Position numbers and translations under genes: made by a program | Notes under the pieces: model-generated | Database searches by the model: none | Told to the model about the DNA's origin: nothing | Seen by the model: only the letters and a program-made list of their open reading frames with translations | Shown: positions 1 through 13,600 of the stretch, one piece after another | How the letters are laid out: each line of letters starts with the position of its first letter | Position numbering within the stretch: the first letter of the stretch is position 1 | Origin: Balanoglossus misakiensis | Taxonomy: Eukaryota > Animalia > Hemichordata | DNA length: 64,000 nucleotides | Direction: 5' to 3' | Assembly: GCA_040954595.2 (NCBI GenBank) | Contig: CM082577.2 | Span: 17,687,500 to 17,751,499, forward strand

Positions 1-1561
1 AATTGCTTTATCAGAAGACCCATCTATGAATGCATACACTGGATATTAAAGTATTGACCCACTCTAATTGAAAATATTGTCATTTTCTTGATGTTTATAT
101 GTAATTTGTCAATGAATTTCAATACAAAAATAAAGAGTTAGGGGTCTAAAAAATTTATGGAAAATGCTGAGTCATCAGTTTTCTTGCACTCTTTTTATTG
201 TATGGTTTTCATACAGTGAAAATATCTGAGCAGCTCTATAAAAATCAAGCTTGGTGACACATGGCATGGTGTTTTGATTATATAATTTAAAAATACACCT
301 TTTTGTGAAATTTCAAGAAAATGACAATATTGTAATGCTGTTTTCTCAAAGTCTATACAAATGTATGTAAGGGTATGGAATGTGATAACCCTGCACTACA
401 TCTATTCATATTCCACTATTAATGATTGTATGTGCACACTCATCTTGTAGCAATCAAGTATTTAAAAGTTCATAGCATTTTTGACCTGCCCAACTTTGAT
501 ATCAAACTGGAAGATTCATGCCAGAATACAAGCTTATGCACTTGGTCAGTTCCTATTACATTATGTTACTGTGATCATATAACAGTACATGTAAGAGGCC
601 ATACATGTAGATAATAAAAGTATGTGAATTGTGAACAAAATTGGTGGCTTTAAGCTTTATATTGATTTTCAACACCAAATTTCCCTGTAGCATTGTCGTG
701 GGTTTGAGCCAGAAAATTCATAATACACTAAGAGGTATTGCTATAAGGAAATACATGTTTCAGTACTGTAGTTAGAAAATATTACATACTTATTGAATTC
801 TAAAGGTTTAAAAAAATTATCTTTGGAGACGGGCAGTGACTGTGAAACTTTAAATCATAAATTCTTCATTGCATTTTCGTACTTCCAAACTTTCATTAAG
901 GATTGGGGATGGTTTGAGGTCATACATAACTATTTTGCTATGCACATGCTTTACATTGTAGTTATTCTTGATCAAAAACGCATGACAAAATGTCCTTTGT
1001 TCCCATGCATATTGTCCAGTTGGTATTTTGTAAGTTGCAGTTGTCATGGACATGATTTAATGATCAACAGCCTTGAAACAGTATTACTACACTGACTGTA
1101 GCTTCCTTGCCTAGATATCTTTTGAAACTCAAAGTTATCAAACTCAACTCTTTGAGATTTCATAATGTGTATGATTTTGTTTAAATAATTGTATAATTAT
1201 GATGAAGAAGCATGCACTTCTACTATACCGTGTTAGGCCATACACTCTTTGAAATTCATTGAAAAATGAGTCTTTAAAACATTAGTCCTAGCAAACAGAT
1301 TAAGCCACCAATGATATCTTATATATAAGTGTTAATTATTGTGCGTCTGTGGAGGGGGGGAGGGGGGATTGTAATTCACAAGTGCCCATGTTTGCAAATA
1401 TGCACAATCATTTCTGGAAAATTATATCTTCTACATGTATCTCAAGTGCAACTTAAACTTTTGGGTGACTTTTGACACATGGGTTCTCTACATACTGTAA
1501 AATCAGACAAAATTGACTGAATTATTGGTATTACATGTATCTTCTCTATTTTCCTCATTAG

Positions 1562-1614
1562 ATGCAAAGAACTGTGTAATCTTTTATTACAACACAACAA
1601 GGTCCGGTCAATAG
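1562..1614 (+). CDS. LRR gene exon (CKELCNLLLQHNKVRSI)
   Basis: cattag| acceptor, |gttagt donor, LxxLxLxxN motif; phase fits next exon. Confidence 0.8.
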
Positions 1615-4600
1615 GTTAGTGTCTCTTTTGTGTAATGTCTGTCTATTACTGGGTTCACATCTAGGCCCATGGCCGGGCAAAACTAATTCCTGATGATTGT
1701 GACAAGATAAGCTAATCTTTAGTCCCCGTTCACATGTAGGCCGTTCACATTACTCAAAAAAGGCTAGGCCCTTGTCCTAGCAAGGTCCGTGGCCGAGCAA
1801 AAAAAACAGGTGTGAACCTGTCCGGACAATTTTGGTCCCAGTTGAATGAATTGTCTAATCCATTCATTAGTTCGTTTTTACCTTTGTCTGTTGCAACATG
1901 AATAGGACCAGTTCCATTGAAACATAATACCTAGAGCTTCATGGAAGTGGAGGGTGTGGAGATCCATTGTTATTCTTGGGAAATTGCATTGTTCATCAAA
2001 TGATTGGTTGTTGAAAATGATTGTTGATTAATCAGACACTAGTTCATACAGGTACAATAGTGATTTGAATTAGTATATGTTGTCACCCACGTTTACATGG
2101 TTTCCCTATGCACTTTCACTCAGAACCTAACATCGGATTTACAAAACCACTGATGATAAGTAAACTCTGGAGTTTTCTAATCTGCAGGGAAAGGCCTTTC
2201 CAATCTTCGGAAATTGAAGGTGCTTCGACTTGATAACAATCAGCTATGTAAACTAGACTCTAGAGAGTTAGCAGCATGTAGTCAACTCACATCTCTGGAT
2301 ATCAGTTGCAATAGGATTGATAATCTTACAGTAAGTACTGAAGGAACGTCATCTTTCATATCATCTGAATTTTCATTCACATTATTCAAGACTTTGATGA
2401 TGGTGATTGGAAGTATATCAGTGGCTGTCTCTTCACAAAATCATCAGTTCGGGTGCAGTATGACCTGAAAAGTTGTTTCTACATTGAAGCCTACACTATG
2501 CATCTATTCTGAGTCCAAATATTCAGTATTATCCTTATATAGTGTATATATTCCAGTTGAAAAAATATCATAGGAATAGTTTGGGGAAAAAGTACTTCAA
2601 AGCCCCCTCCCCGATATCGAATGGTCCTTCCTTCAGAAAATCAAAAATGGCTGCCCATGCTTATTTTAGTCCTGCGCTCGGCCATGTAAGTTGAACAAAG
2701 GCATCATGAATGGTGTTTCAAAGTTTAAATTACAAGGATTTATTTGATCCATATTCAATATTCCATATACCACATCCATGATTATGGCAATAAAGGCCCT
2801 TCTCAACAGTGGGTCAAATCTTTTGTTTCCAATAAACAGTTACCTGCTAACACAAAGGATTTCTTATTTGCCTTCATTGTTCTGCCCTGGGATCGAGAAA
2901 ATGGCCTTTAAACACAATGATGATACGCTACTATCCCTCTACATGTACTTGCAGAGTTTGAACTGTCTCCAATGTTTAGAGGAACTGTATGCTTGTGAAA
3001 ATCGACTTCAGAAAATCACTGATCTTGGTAGATGCAAGAAGGTTGGTATTCACTGGTTCATTTGTTAATCTCACACTTTTCAATGAATTCTGAACAATGT
3101 ACATCGTAATATGTAGCAAGTAGGCAGCAAGTAATTTACCATAGGTGGCATTTAAATTGGTGTTTTGAGCAGCATTCTGTATACACATGTTGTTAGGTCA
3201 GTGGTAAGCACTGAGCACAGAACCTGAACAATCCCTGTGCCACAATACTAAATCATGGTCCCGCCACACACACCAGTCTCAAAACGTACCGATTTCTTTT
3301 GTAGTATTTGTACAGCAGGTATTAAATAGACCATAAATACCCTGTTTGCTAATCCGGTCTGTTAGTTTATTTGTGTTATGGTCAAAGAGCATTCTTCTTG
3401 GATGTTAGATTTTCTACAGTGCACATTTGGCTTTTGCGTTTGTGCAAAGCAGAATCAGTCACAGCTGTACAAATGCAAAACTTGTCTGCCCAAAGTATCC
3501 AGATCTAAGATGTAAATATATGGCTACATATTACTTAAATTCCCCGCTTATGTATAAATTTGCAATACTCCTTTCCACTTGTAATGCTGCTACTTTGAGA
3601 AATTTAAGCAGATATATTTTGTATGCCACACAACTCGGGGAGAATACCCTGTTTAACCAGGGAAACAGTCTGTAATTTAGTGTTTGTTCCATTGTATACA
3701 ATGTTATTTACTAGCTACCCTTACAATATATTGAGTACTTATATTCTAATATTGGCGGAGGCCAATTGTACTGAAATAAAGAATTTATTTATTTATTTAC
3801 ATGTATTTATTTATTTATTTATTTACAAATGCAATATGCATGCACTGAAATCAGTTGGGCTAGTTTGTTCAGTGTATCGACCAAGTCAGGCTCAGAATCA
3901 AATCAAAAGCAGCTTTGTTCTTGTTCAGAATCTTTGAATGACCCTTTTGCCTCCAAAACACTCAGTTTGGTCATTGTTTTGGACGATTCGCCATTGCAAG
4001 TTTTTGACACCGGTGTTTAACAAAACAATGTTGTCAATGCTGTTGAAAAGGTCTGTGTAAGAACGTGGCTTATGACAGGTGATGAGAGATTAAATCTAAT
4101 TTTCTGTCACTCAAAACTATACCCACATGTGTAAACAGCCTTATAATCTTGTCCCTCTGTCTTACCCAGTGCTTAATGTGATAGTAACCCCACTCACTTT
4201 TGTTGTTTGTATTACAGCTTCAGGAAATTGATCTGTCAGATAACAAATTAACAGACATATCAGGATTGAAAGGGCTTCCTAATATTACAGTGAGTACATA
4301 CCATTACCAGTATCTTCTTTTAGGTCATTTTATAGATAGTACTCATGAAATCTTTTCTTTCATATTATTTACTATACTATACTAATCAAGGTGATGATGG
4401 CACCTTTCACAACTAATTTATGCTACCAATCAGATCAAGGCTTCAGAGATTATCTGTAATGTTCTTTTCATATATGTTTACCACGGAATTCTTTTTACCA
4501 GCACCAAACGGCAAACTGGCAACATCGTATTTCTTTCATGCCAGCAACGCGTTATCTCTAAAATTGTAACAACGTCACAATGTACTAGACAAAGAGGCGT

Positions 4601-7600
4601 CCCCCCATCCCAATTGCGCAGTTGAAGTACGTGCGTGTTGAGAGAGAGACGTGAACAGAAAGGGGTAGGAGACTGACTTGAACACGGACGACGAGAGTTG
4701 TTTAGCGTGTCGAACGCTGCTCTACGAAGCTCGTAGTTACCTACTGACCGGGACATTTGCGCTTGAACGGACTGGGTTCCTCCCGATTGCCGCACGCCGG
4801 CGGGTATGAAAGTGTAGGCTAAGACGTCGATCCACCGGCCGGCTGCACTGTTCCCAACATTACCAGCTCCACGCCACTTTGAGCTGCACCGCGGTCGGAT
4901 ATCCCACCCCGGCTGCCGGACAGCATATGAAGGTGTCTGAGGCCTTTTCTAGTCAAAACTTTGGGGTTTTCGGAATGGGAAATAGCGGAACAAGAACATG
5001 GATATATACTAAATCATGAACGCCAAACAAACACGTTGAAAAAGCCAGATCTGAAAAATTCATGTGGCGTCCGCCGCTGGGCGCATTGACGCGTCAACGT
5101 TTTTTTCAAACAACGTAACCTGTCACGATTGCTGCCACAAACAACAAGTTCGTGCGTAGGTCGAGAAAGTTCTCAAGCGGCCGGCTGATCGCGGCAAGGT
5201 TAGCGGCGGCCTCGCACGCCCGAATTTGCCACAAAACTATCAGTCCACACAGCAATGCCGTTCAAACTCTTCCGTCGTATTTATTTCAACACAAATTCAG
5301 AATACAACACGGCAGTTTGGTACGTCGTCTCTATCCTACACTGCTAATTCTCATTTCAATCTCTAAAAAAGTTCAGACGGGATACACTGCAACCCGCGGC
5401 ACTAGGAACGGCAAAATTCACGTCTCTGCTTCACAGGAATCTACCGACCTGAAGTGGGAGGAACCCAGTCCGTTCAAGTACAAATGTCCCGGTAAGAAGG
5501 TAACTACGAGCTTCCTAGAGCAGCGTTCGAGTCGACACGTCTCTCTCAACACGCACGTACTTCAACTGCGCAATAGGGATGGGGGGGGGGGCGCCTCTTT
5601 GTCTACTAAATTGTGACGTTGTTACAATTTTAGAGATAACGTGTCGGGCCCCCTCAAAGAAATCCGGTGGCCCCCTCAAAGAAAGCCGGTGTTGCTAGTT
5701 TGGCATTCGTTGCTAGTAAAAAGAATTTTGTAGTAACACCTAGGACAGTGGCACAATGACTTCCTTACTTTGGCAAGCATTGACCCCACTAGTGATGTGA
5801 AAACTTGCCACCAAACTGGCACACCTAGATTTCAGCAGCCACTGCATTTTTCTATACAATTTTTAAAATATTACATTGTCTGTGTTAATTATAATGTTTT
5901 GGTGTTTGTCTGTTGGTTGAACAGTCATTTCTATTAACGCAACAAGCTTTTTAGAAAAATTGTAAACAAATCATCCATGTTTATTGTCCAACTGGGTACT
6001 CATATGTTTTGGTAAAGCTGGAGGTATGTAATTGTCTCAAAACTGACAAAGTACAAGTGGAAGTGGAAGTACAAACGTGTACTTTCAAAGTACGAGTGAC
6101 CGAAAATCACCGAAGAAGTTTCGCACAAATGGTAATAAACTTGGGTGATTAAATATTCATGACGTATCGCAATTGCGATCGCCAATTGGTCAATCCTACT
6201 ATTCCACCCTGAGATATTACCTGGACTGGTCAGTGGTAACATCTATCTGAATGTCTTTGTTTTTTTTGCAGACTCTGAATGTCAGCAATAATTGTTTAAC
6301 AAATGAAAGTCTGAAAGCTGTAGGCAAACTCAAGTAAGTACCGTGGAAATAGTATATTCTACTCTTCAATATTGGTCCAGTGCCAAATTGATTGTCATCA
6401 CTCACTTTTCACATACATACATGAACAAAAGTTACAGCTAATGTCCCTTTAATCCAGTTTTGTGTGTACATGTCTATATGGGGACCATGGTGTATTACAT
6501 ATCAAAACCCTTTTCCTAATACACAGAGCAGAAAGTTTCCATGACACTTTGAAACACCAACATTTAGCCTGGTAGCTTTCCAACACTTACACTGTACTTA
6601 CAACCCCAAGTTTGTTCAGCCTTCACTGTCCTCCATTCTAGTTTTATAATATTGCTAACAATTTAACTTGAGTATAAATAATATACCTGGTCTTTTTTCT
6701 GTACAAGTTGTATGCTGGCCTCATGATCAGGCAGTGCATGTGTGTGTGTGTGTGTGTACTAATGAATTTTTTTTTTTCCATTTTACCAGGTCATTAGAAG
6801 ATCTAAATATCTCATGTAACCTGATAGAACAATTAGAGTCATTCTTATCAGCTATGCCATCCTTGCAAGTACTTGATATCACCAGCAATAAAATAAAACA
6901 ATGGAAACAAGTTGTGAGTAAAGTCTTCAAATGACATGTTGTGTGAAATATAATAATTGTATGTGTTTATTTGTTTGTCATTGTGCCTGTCCAGTCGTGT
7001 ATTGATATGTCTATCAATCTCCATGCCTTAAGTAGGTTTTAGCTACTTAGGTGAGTGATAAAAATCTCATACAGTGGACACAATTTCAAGATCTGATTTT
7101 TGCCATGTTTAAGAAATGAAAGTTGATAAGCTAAAGTGATACTGGGTCATTATGTACCAGAAAAAATAACAAAACTGTGAAAATAGTTGCATAAGTTTAC
7201 TATGCTAAAGCTACAGAGACAGAAATTTTTGATCAAAGGAAGTCATGAATTACAGTTAACATATAATTTCTTCGAACTCTTACTACAGTGAGCTGTGTAC
7301 TGTTTAGCCAGAATGCAATTATTATAATGTGATGTGACCCCTAGCACAAAATCAAAACCTATTTAAGGTAGCCAGATAAAACTAGCTAATCTCGATAGAA
7401 ATAGAATTGGTAGATATCATACCTTTAGTAATGGCAAGGACTGATGTACAAACTGTAGTTTACCGGTACAGAATTTCTGAATTTGACATCGTCTAGTATT
7501 TGAAATGAAAATTAAGGTGGCATTGCATGAAAAGTTGTGTTTTTCGCCAAATTTTACTTTTTTACAGACCCACATTCTGACAAATACGTCTTGGTGGAAA

Positions 7601-10600
7601 TGGTGCATAATCACCCCAAAATAGCACTTTTCTGAATGAGTTCACAGCTTATCAAATAGGTGTCAACAATGCAAATGGCCGCTTTTCTCAGTTTGCATTT
7701 TCGCTGCTCTTGACAACTTCAGAAGAATTTAGCTTCGCTCTGCGTTGGCCGAATTTGCTCAAATTTTAACAGGGGATTGTGTATCCAACAATACGAAAAA
7801 ATGTTTAGTCGATAAACTCTGATTCAATACAACTCATCATGAATTTTGATCAAATTTTCTAAAAATCTAACTTTCAAACGTTGTTACTCCTCAATGGAAG
7901 CAGATAACGCAAAACAAAATTTTATAGTTTTTTTTGCACGTGTACTCTAGTTTCGAATGACATATTAAGATGCATGGTGGACTTTTTTACCTAATTCAAA
8001 TTGAATGACATATTATAAAAAAAATATTTTTTTTTAACCCAAAAACGCCACCATTTCCGGGGGTCAATAAAATATGCAACTCAAACAAAAGTTCAAAAAC
8101 TCAGCTTCCAGAATATGTATGGTTTATAGGGGTTCTAATGTTGTCTTTGATGAGAAATAGGCCACTGAAAAAGTCTTGACGGTTTCGTGCAATACCACCT
8201 TAATACGACAGTGTAATGATTACACTGTCTGTTGTGTAGGCGGAGATATGAAGTTTTGACTGCCGTGGTTTTTGGATGGTTCTTGAGAACCATAGATTAA
8301 TATAAAATACATGTGACTTATACATCCTGGCATTTTGTTGGTGGGAATTTTTTATTTTGAGTTTAAACTCTGGAACCGTCAACCATACTATTGAATTTTT
8401 GCTCTCTATTAAACTTATACTAGAACACAAAATTAAAGTTTGTGTGTAACAAAAGGTTGAATATTGTTTAAAGTCACCCAGAGGTCAAGAAAGTGGCCTA
8501 TTATCAGTAGCTACTGTAAACAAATCAACTTTAGACGCTCATTAAATTGTAATGTGATGTGATTATTATTATTTGTCTTTTGCATAGTGTTGTTTATCCC
8601 AGATGCCTGTGCTGGTTGAGTTGTTTGTATCAGGCAATCCATTTGCATCAGAAGACGGAGAGAAACCTGGGTAAGATCCTTAGCTTTCACAAATTGTGAA
8701 AAATTTAAGATTACAATAGAAATTAATATACAAGATAATAAACAACTCACATAGGGAAAGTGTGCTTTTTCTAGTTGTCTTTAGAAATACCATAAGCACA
8801 CCCATTTATCTTTGACAGCATGCAACCATTTACCTGGGAGATCTCAGGGGGGGGGGGGGAGGGTCACTTGAATTTTGAAGTCCAAAAGGGTGGGGGGGGT
8901 CATCTGTTTTTTTTTTAACGTTTAGGGGGGGATCACATACTTTTGCCACCGAACTTTTGCTTTTGAGTCCACAAAATTGCAGTTTCGCGCCCTTTATTTT
9001 ACAAAATTTTCTAATGTGGGAGGGGGACTCCCACACCCACCCCCTACATTCTCCGCCACATTTGGATTTCTGTTGGTTTGTCTAGTCTACCTGGGCAGAG
9101 TGCTTGCCACCCAACCCCACTGATGATAATATTTAACAAAGTAAATACATAAAGGAGAATAATCGTTTAAACCATTTCGCATAACTGATAGTTTCGTGCT
9201 GCATCTTCTATATGCTGGAAGTTTTATAAATGATGTCATGACGAAGATGACGCCAAGTCTTCTAACTTTGAGTGGAATGGCAAAAAGTAAAATTGGTCCT
9301 CCCGAACATTGAGATAATTTGCTTTTGAGTTCATAAAAATGCAACATTGAGCTACATATTTTACAAAAATTTCTTATGTGGGAGGGCGACACGCCCCTCC
9401 CCCGCCACCTTTCTTGTTTTACCGATTCTAGCAACTATTGTATTGACTTGTCTTTTTATATTGTTCATAGATTTCTTTATTGCAACGATATTATTAAATA
9501 ATTCAGTTACTTTAAGAAATTTATAATTGAGGTGTGAGGAGCCTCATTCCCTTTATTGCATACGGTATACATAGGATCAGGACGGCGAATGTTTTCAGCG
9601 CGGGGGGGGGGGGGGTCATCATATTTTTGGGTCTGTCAAAGGGGGGGTCATCATTTTTTTGGTGCTGGGTGAAAGGGGGGTCGGCCTGATTTTGAAAACC
9701 GATGACACAAACTTGCCGCCCCCCCCCCCCCCCCCCCCCCCAGCCGTAAAAACTGAACGGTCCCTAAGCTGCAACTCGACAAGACTCTGAGTGTCAACAA
9801 ATTTGACTAGGTAGCTCTTTTGGCCCTTCATGAAAAGTGTATAAGACGATTAGGCAGAGGGCCTAGGGCCCTATGTGACCTGAAATAGAGTTACATGTAC
9901 ACTAACTTGCAGCATGCATCAAGAGCAGTGGACTTGCAAGGCTTGAATTCTGTATCATTTTCAAAAGTCTTGTGTTCACTTTGATTCTTGTTCACCTAGC
10001 TACCACCAGGAGTTACACAGACTGCTGCCGAATCTAGAAATCTTAGATGGAGCACTCATGAAAAGACAACAACAGAAGTCGGCCCCAGTGATGAGACCAA
10101 TGTCTGTATCTACAGGTAACTTGTACTTGCTGTTTATATACATGTACACAGTTCAATGGGGCCCATGATCCCCTATTGAAATTGTTCTTCTCTTTATTTT
10201 TCTTCATATTATTTGTCACTCTAGATCTCAAAAAATGCTGCATTTACGCTCCTCAAATTTGGCACAGTGGTTGGGGCCAATTTTCATGCACCTATTACCC
10301 TTGAATTTGTAATTAACGGGAGTCACATGACCAATGTGAGCTACACTATCTCTGCCAGTACTCGGCCACTTGAATGAAAATAGCTACTTGCGCGTCAACG
10401 CTCTCGGCCGATGCCCAACTTCCATGATGAAAGGGTTGGCAAGAGGTCTGCCCTCGCAAACAATCATACATTAGGGTCAAACTGTAAAAGGTTGAAGTTC
10501 AACAGCTGATTAAGTAGGCATATAAGCTCTTCCCGTAATCGGCCACTCCGCCCCATTCTCCGACCGCGGTTGTTATGGCTGTTTACTTTGGGAACTACCT

Positions 10601-13600
10601 CTGCGTGGCAGGCAGAGCTCGCCGTAACAACATAGCCCTGCCACGCAGAGCTATTTGGGAATGTGTCCCAATTTGACACACTTTTTGAACATTGACAGCC
10701 GGAATAATTATTTTTTGTTGTTGACTGATTATGGGAAGCATATATTTCGCTGGAATTATCTTTAAAATTGTCATTTAGCTTATGTATTTTGGCTGTTGTA
10801 CTGTACAGCGAAGTTTTAGCTCCGACGTGGCCGAGTATAGGGAAATTACATTTTTGAGGATTCCCGCAATTTGGCGCCGAAATCTTCACGATATAGTGCA
10901 ATGACATATATGGTCTCAAAGACTAATCATCAGAGAACGTTTACCGGTAATTTGGTTATTTTTGGTCTCTCCTTGACGTAAAATACGTTACTCGGAAAAA
11001 GTAACCAAGATCGTAGTGACCTTAAAATGCTCTGTAGGGTAGTAAACAGAATATGCACCTCTTGATTTCTTTTTCGAACAGCGTCACGATGCCTCAAGCA
11101 AAACTCTTCGTATTTGGTGGTCAGAATGTTTTTTATACCTACAATCCATTGTAACTGGAAACTGACGACAAAATGCAATTATTGTAGATTACGGAACGTT
11201 TTCTCGTGCGTTCGCCGAGAACTGGCACCGGACGAGTACTGGCAGAGGGAGTGTAATTACATTTTGTGAAAACCTTAAAAAGGCTTTTTCTCAAAAACTT
11301 CAGGGCAGATCAAGTTCAAATTTGGTGTGTGGCAAGTATGGTCTCTGCCCTTTTTTGTTTGCCAGTGAAATTGTGGGTGGTAGTGTGACTTTGGCCGCAA
11401 TATTGAATCTTTGAAAAATCTCATGGAAATTTCAACAATCTTCTTCTCCAGAACCTAACACAGCTGTGGGATAAGGTGTATGAGGATTTAGCTCAAAATG
11501 ATGAAAACAATTTTCTGCAAGAACTAAATATTTGTTAGAACCATAGACCCTGGAGGGAGCGGGACAAACAACTGCTGCTTTTCCTTTGAAATAGCGTTTG
11601 CACTTATCGCCCCCCCCCCCAATGGAAAAAAATATGTGAACAGTTTCCAACGGCACTGCGCGGGTATTAATTTACAATGCCAGCGATTGGTGGTTCAGGG
11701 TTGGACCTCTAATGCAAATGTACAGTGAGAACACATAAATTATCAACATTCAAAAGCGCAATTCTGCAGCGACCTTTGGGCATGATTATAAGTTTATTTA
11801 AACCTATTACTGTAATTAGCCCTACCGGGCAAATGCCCCTATAAAATTCTTGTGAACTTAAATGTTGAGGTCATATTCTGCTCAACCCCCCCCCCCCCAC
11901 ACACACACACACATACACACAATCATGTACAATTCTAAGTAAAAATTTACTGAAGAAAATAATGACAAATTGTTCTTACATTTCTGTCAGTGTTGTTTTG
12001 TACTTGAGCTTATTGTCACCCTTGCCTTAGCTCAAAGGGATATGGATAAGTGGGAATAGTTAAAGGCACATAAGCTGCAACTTTTGGGATAATTATCATA
12101 ATTTTTGTTTCAAACTGTACTACCATTAGTCTATGCAGATAAAGGCAGTGAACTAAACACAAGCATTATAAACCCTAAATATGAGTGCATATGCAAGTTT
12201 TAAACCAGATAAATAATAAAGCTTTGCCGCAAGCGATTATGGCCGCCACCGTGGGAAAATGCAAAAAACAACGAAAATGTTGCATTTCCGGTTATGAAAC
12301 TTCATAAACAAAACATGATCTCATCTACTTGAGCTCATGGAAGTAAATGTACACCACTGAGACATCAGATTTTCATTTTTCATTGCAATATTGCACTTTT
12401 TTTTAAATTGCCGGAATTTTCGTTTTTCTTCAATTTTTGGCCATTTTGTCATAAATAAGTGTTGAGCGTGATACATTATCACGAAATATCATTTAATAGA
12501 CATGATTAAAAGCATATATGAGATTATTTAAAACTTTCATTTTTTATCCAGTTGCAGTACAAAACTTACTGCAGCTATGGCTCTACATGAAAACATTTAG
12601 GCGCCCAGTGAGGCGCAAAATCTCGAGGGTCTCATAGAGTTCACAAAATGGTCTATTAAAGTATTATGGTCACGATGTTACAGCATGGAGATGATCAAAA
12701 ATTCGTACAATCCTGCTGGTCACTCAATTTTATATCCTAACAAGCTGCAGTGTAGTGCTGGTTAAGCAAGGTCAAAAATTAATCTCAGGTTATTATCATT
12801 TGGAACTTATTTGACTTTGAATGTCATGAAATACAACAACAAAAAATATTACCTACTCACAGTCAGCCAATAGTTGTTTCCCTGTTTACGTGTTTTACAA
12901 GGTTGCTTCAGATCTTTGCAGTCTCCCAACAATGTTGGAGGTCGAAAATATCCAAAAGTACTATTAGACATTATTGACAGTCTGTTGTCTAATATCGATA
13001 GCATTATATACTTTGCAGAGACAATGCTAGATGATAATTATAAGTTACAGCTTTGGCTTTTATTTCAGTTGTAAGCAGTCGACAAGTTGAGAACCAAATC
13101 AGAAGTACAGTACAAGATATGTTGGCGTTTGAGAACTCCTTAGCGTCAAAGTGAGTAGTCTCATCTGCTTTGATATTATTTGCTAATCTGTAAGATGATG
13201 ATGTACTGGTGCCAGGTTAAAAGCTCTACTGTCACTTACTTTTATCTACTTTTTTTTATATCTATTTTATCTATATTTTCTGTGTATCAACCATGGTTTC
13301 TAGTTTGGCTCCCAAAAACTGGATTAAATATGCACTTCATGTATATTATGTGTACATAGATAACAAGCATAAATCATACATAAAATTTACAATCACATAA
13401 ACTATAAAGATCAGAAACTTGTAACGCACGTCTCATGTTTTCTAAGTTTGGTTGAAAAAAGTCATGCGGAAGAATGGCCAATCTGTTATGCCACCAAAGA
13501 AAAGAAAAACAGGACTAGGAAAAAAAAAACACATCTGGAAATCTAATCACCACAGCGTCCAAATTCAGAGTGTCAAAGAGAGTTCACAGACTTGAAAAAA

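Noticed and set aside
4478-5616. 105-aa and 154-aa ORFs sharing SLNTHVLQLRN
   Set aside because: The shared peptide only reflects the inverted repeat arms of a non-autonomous element
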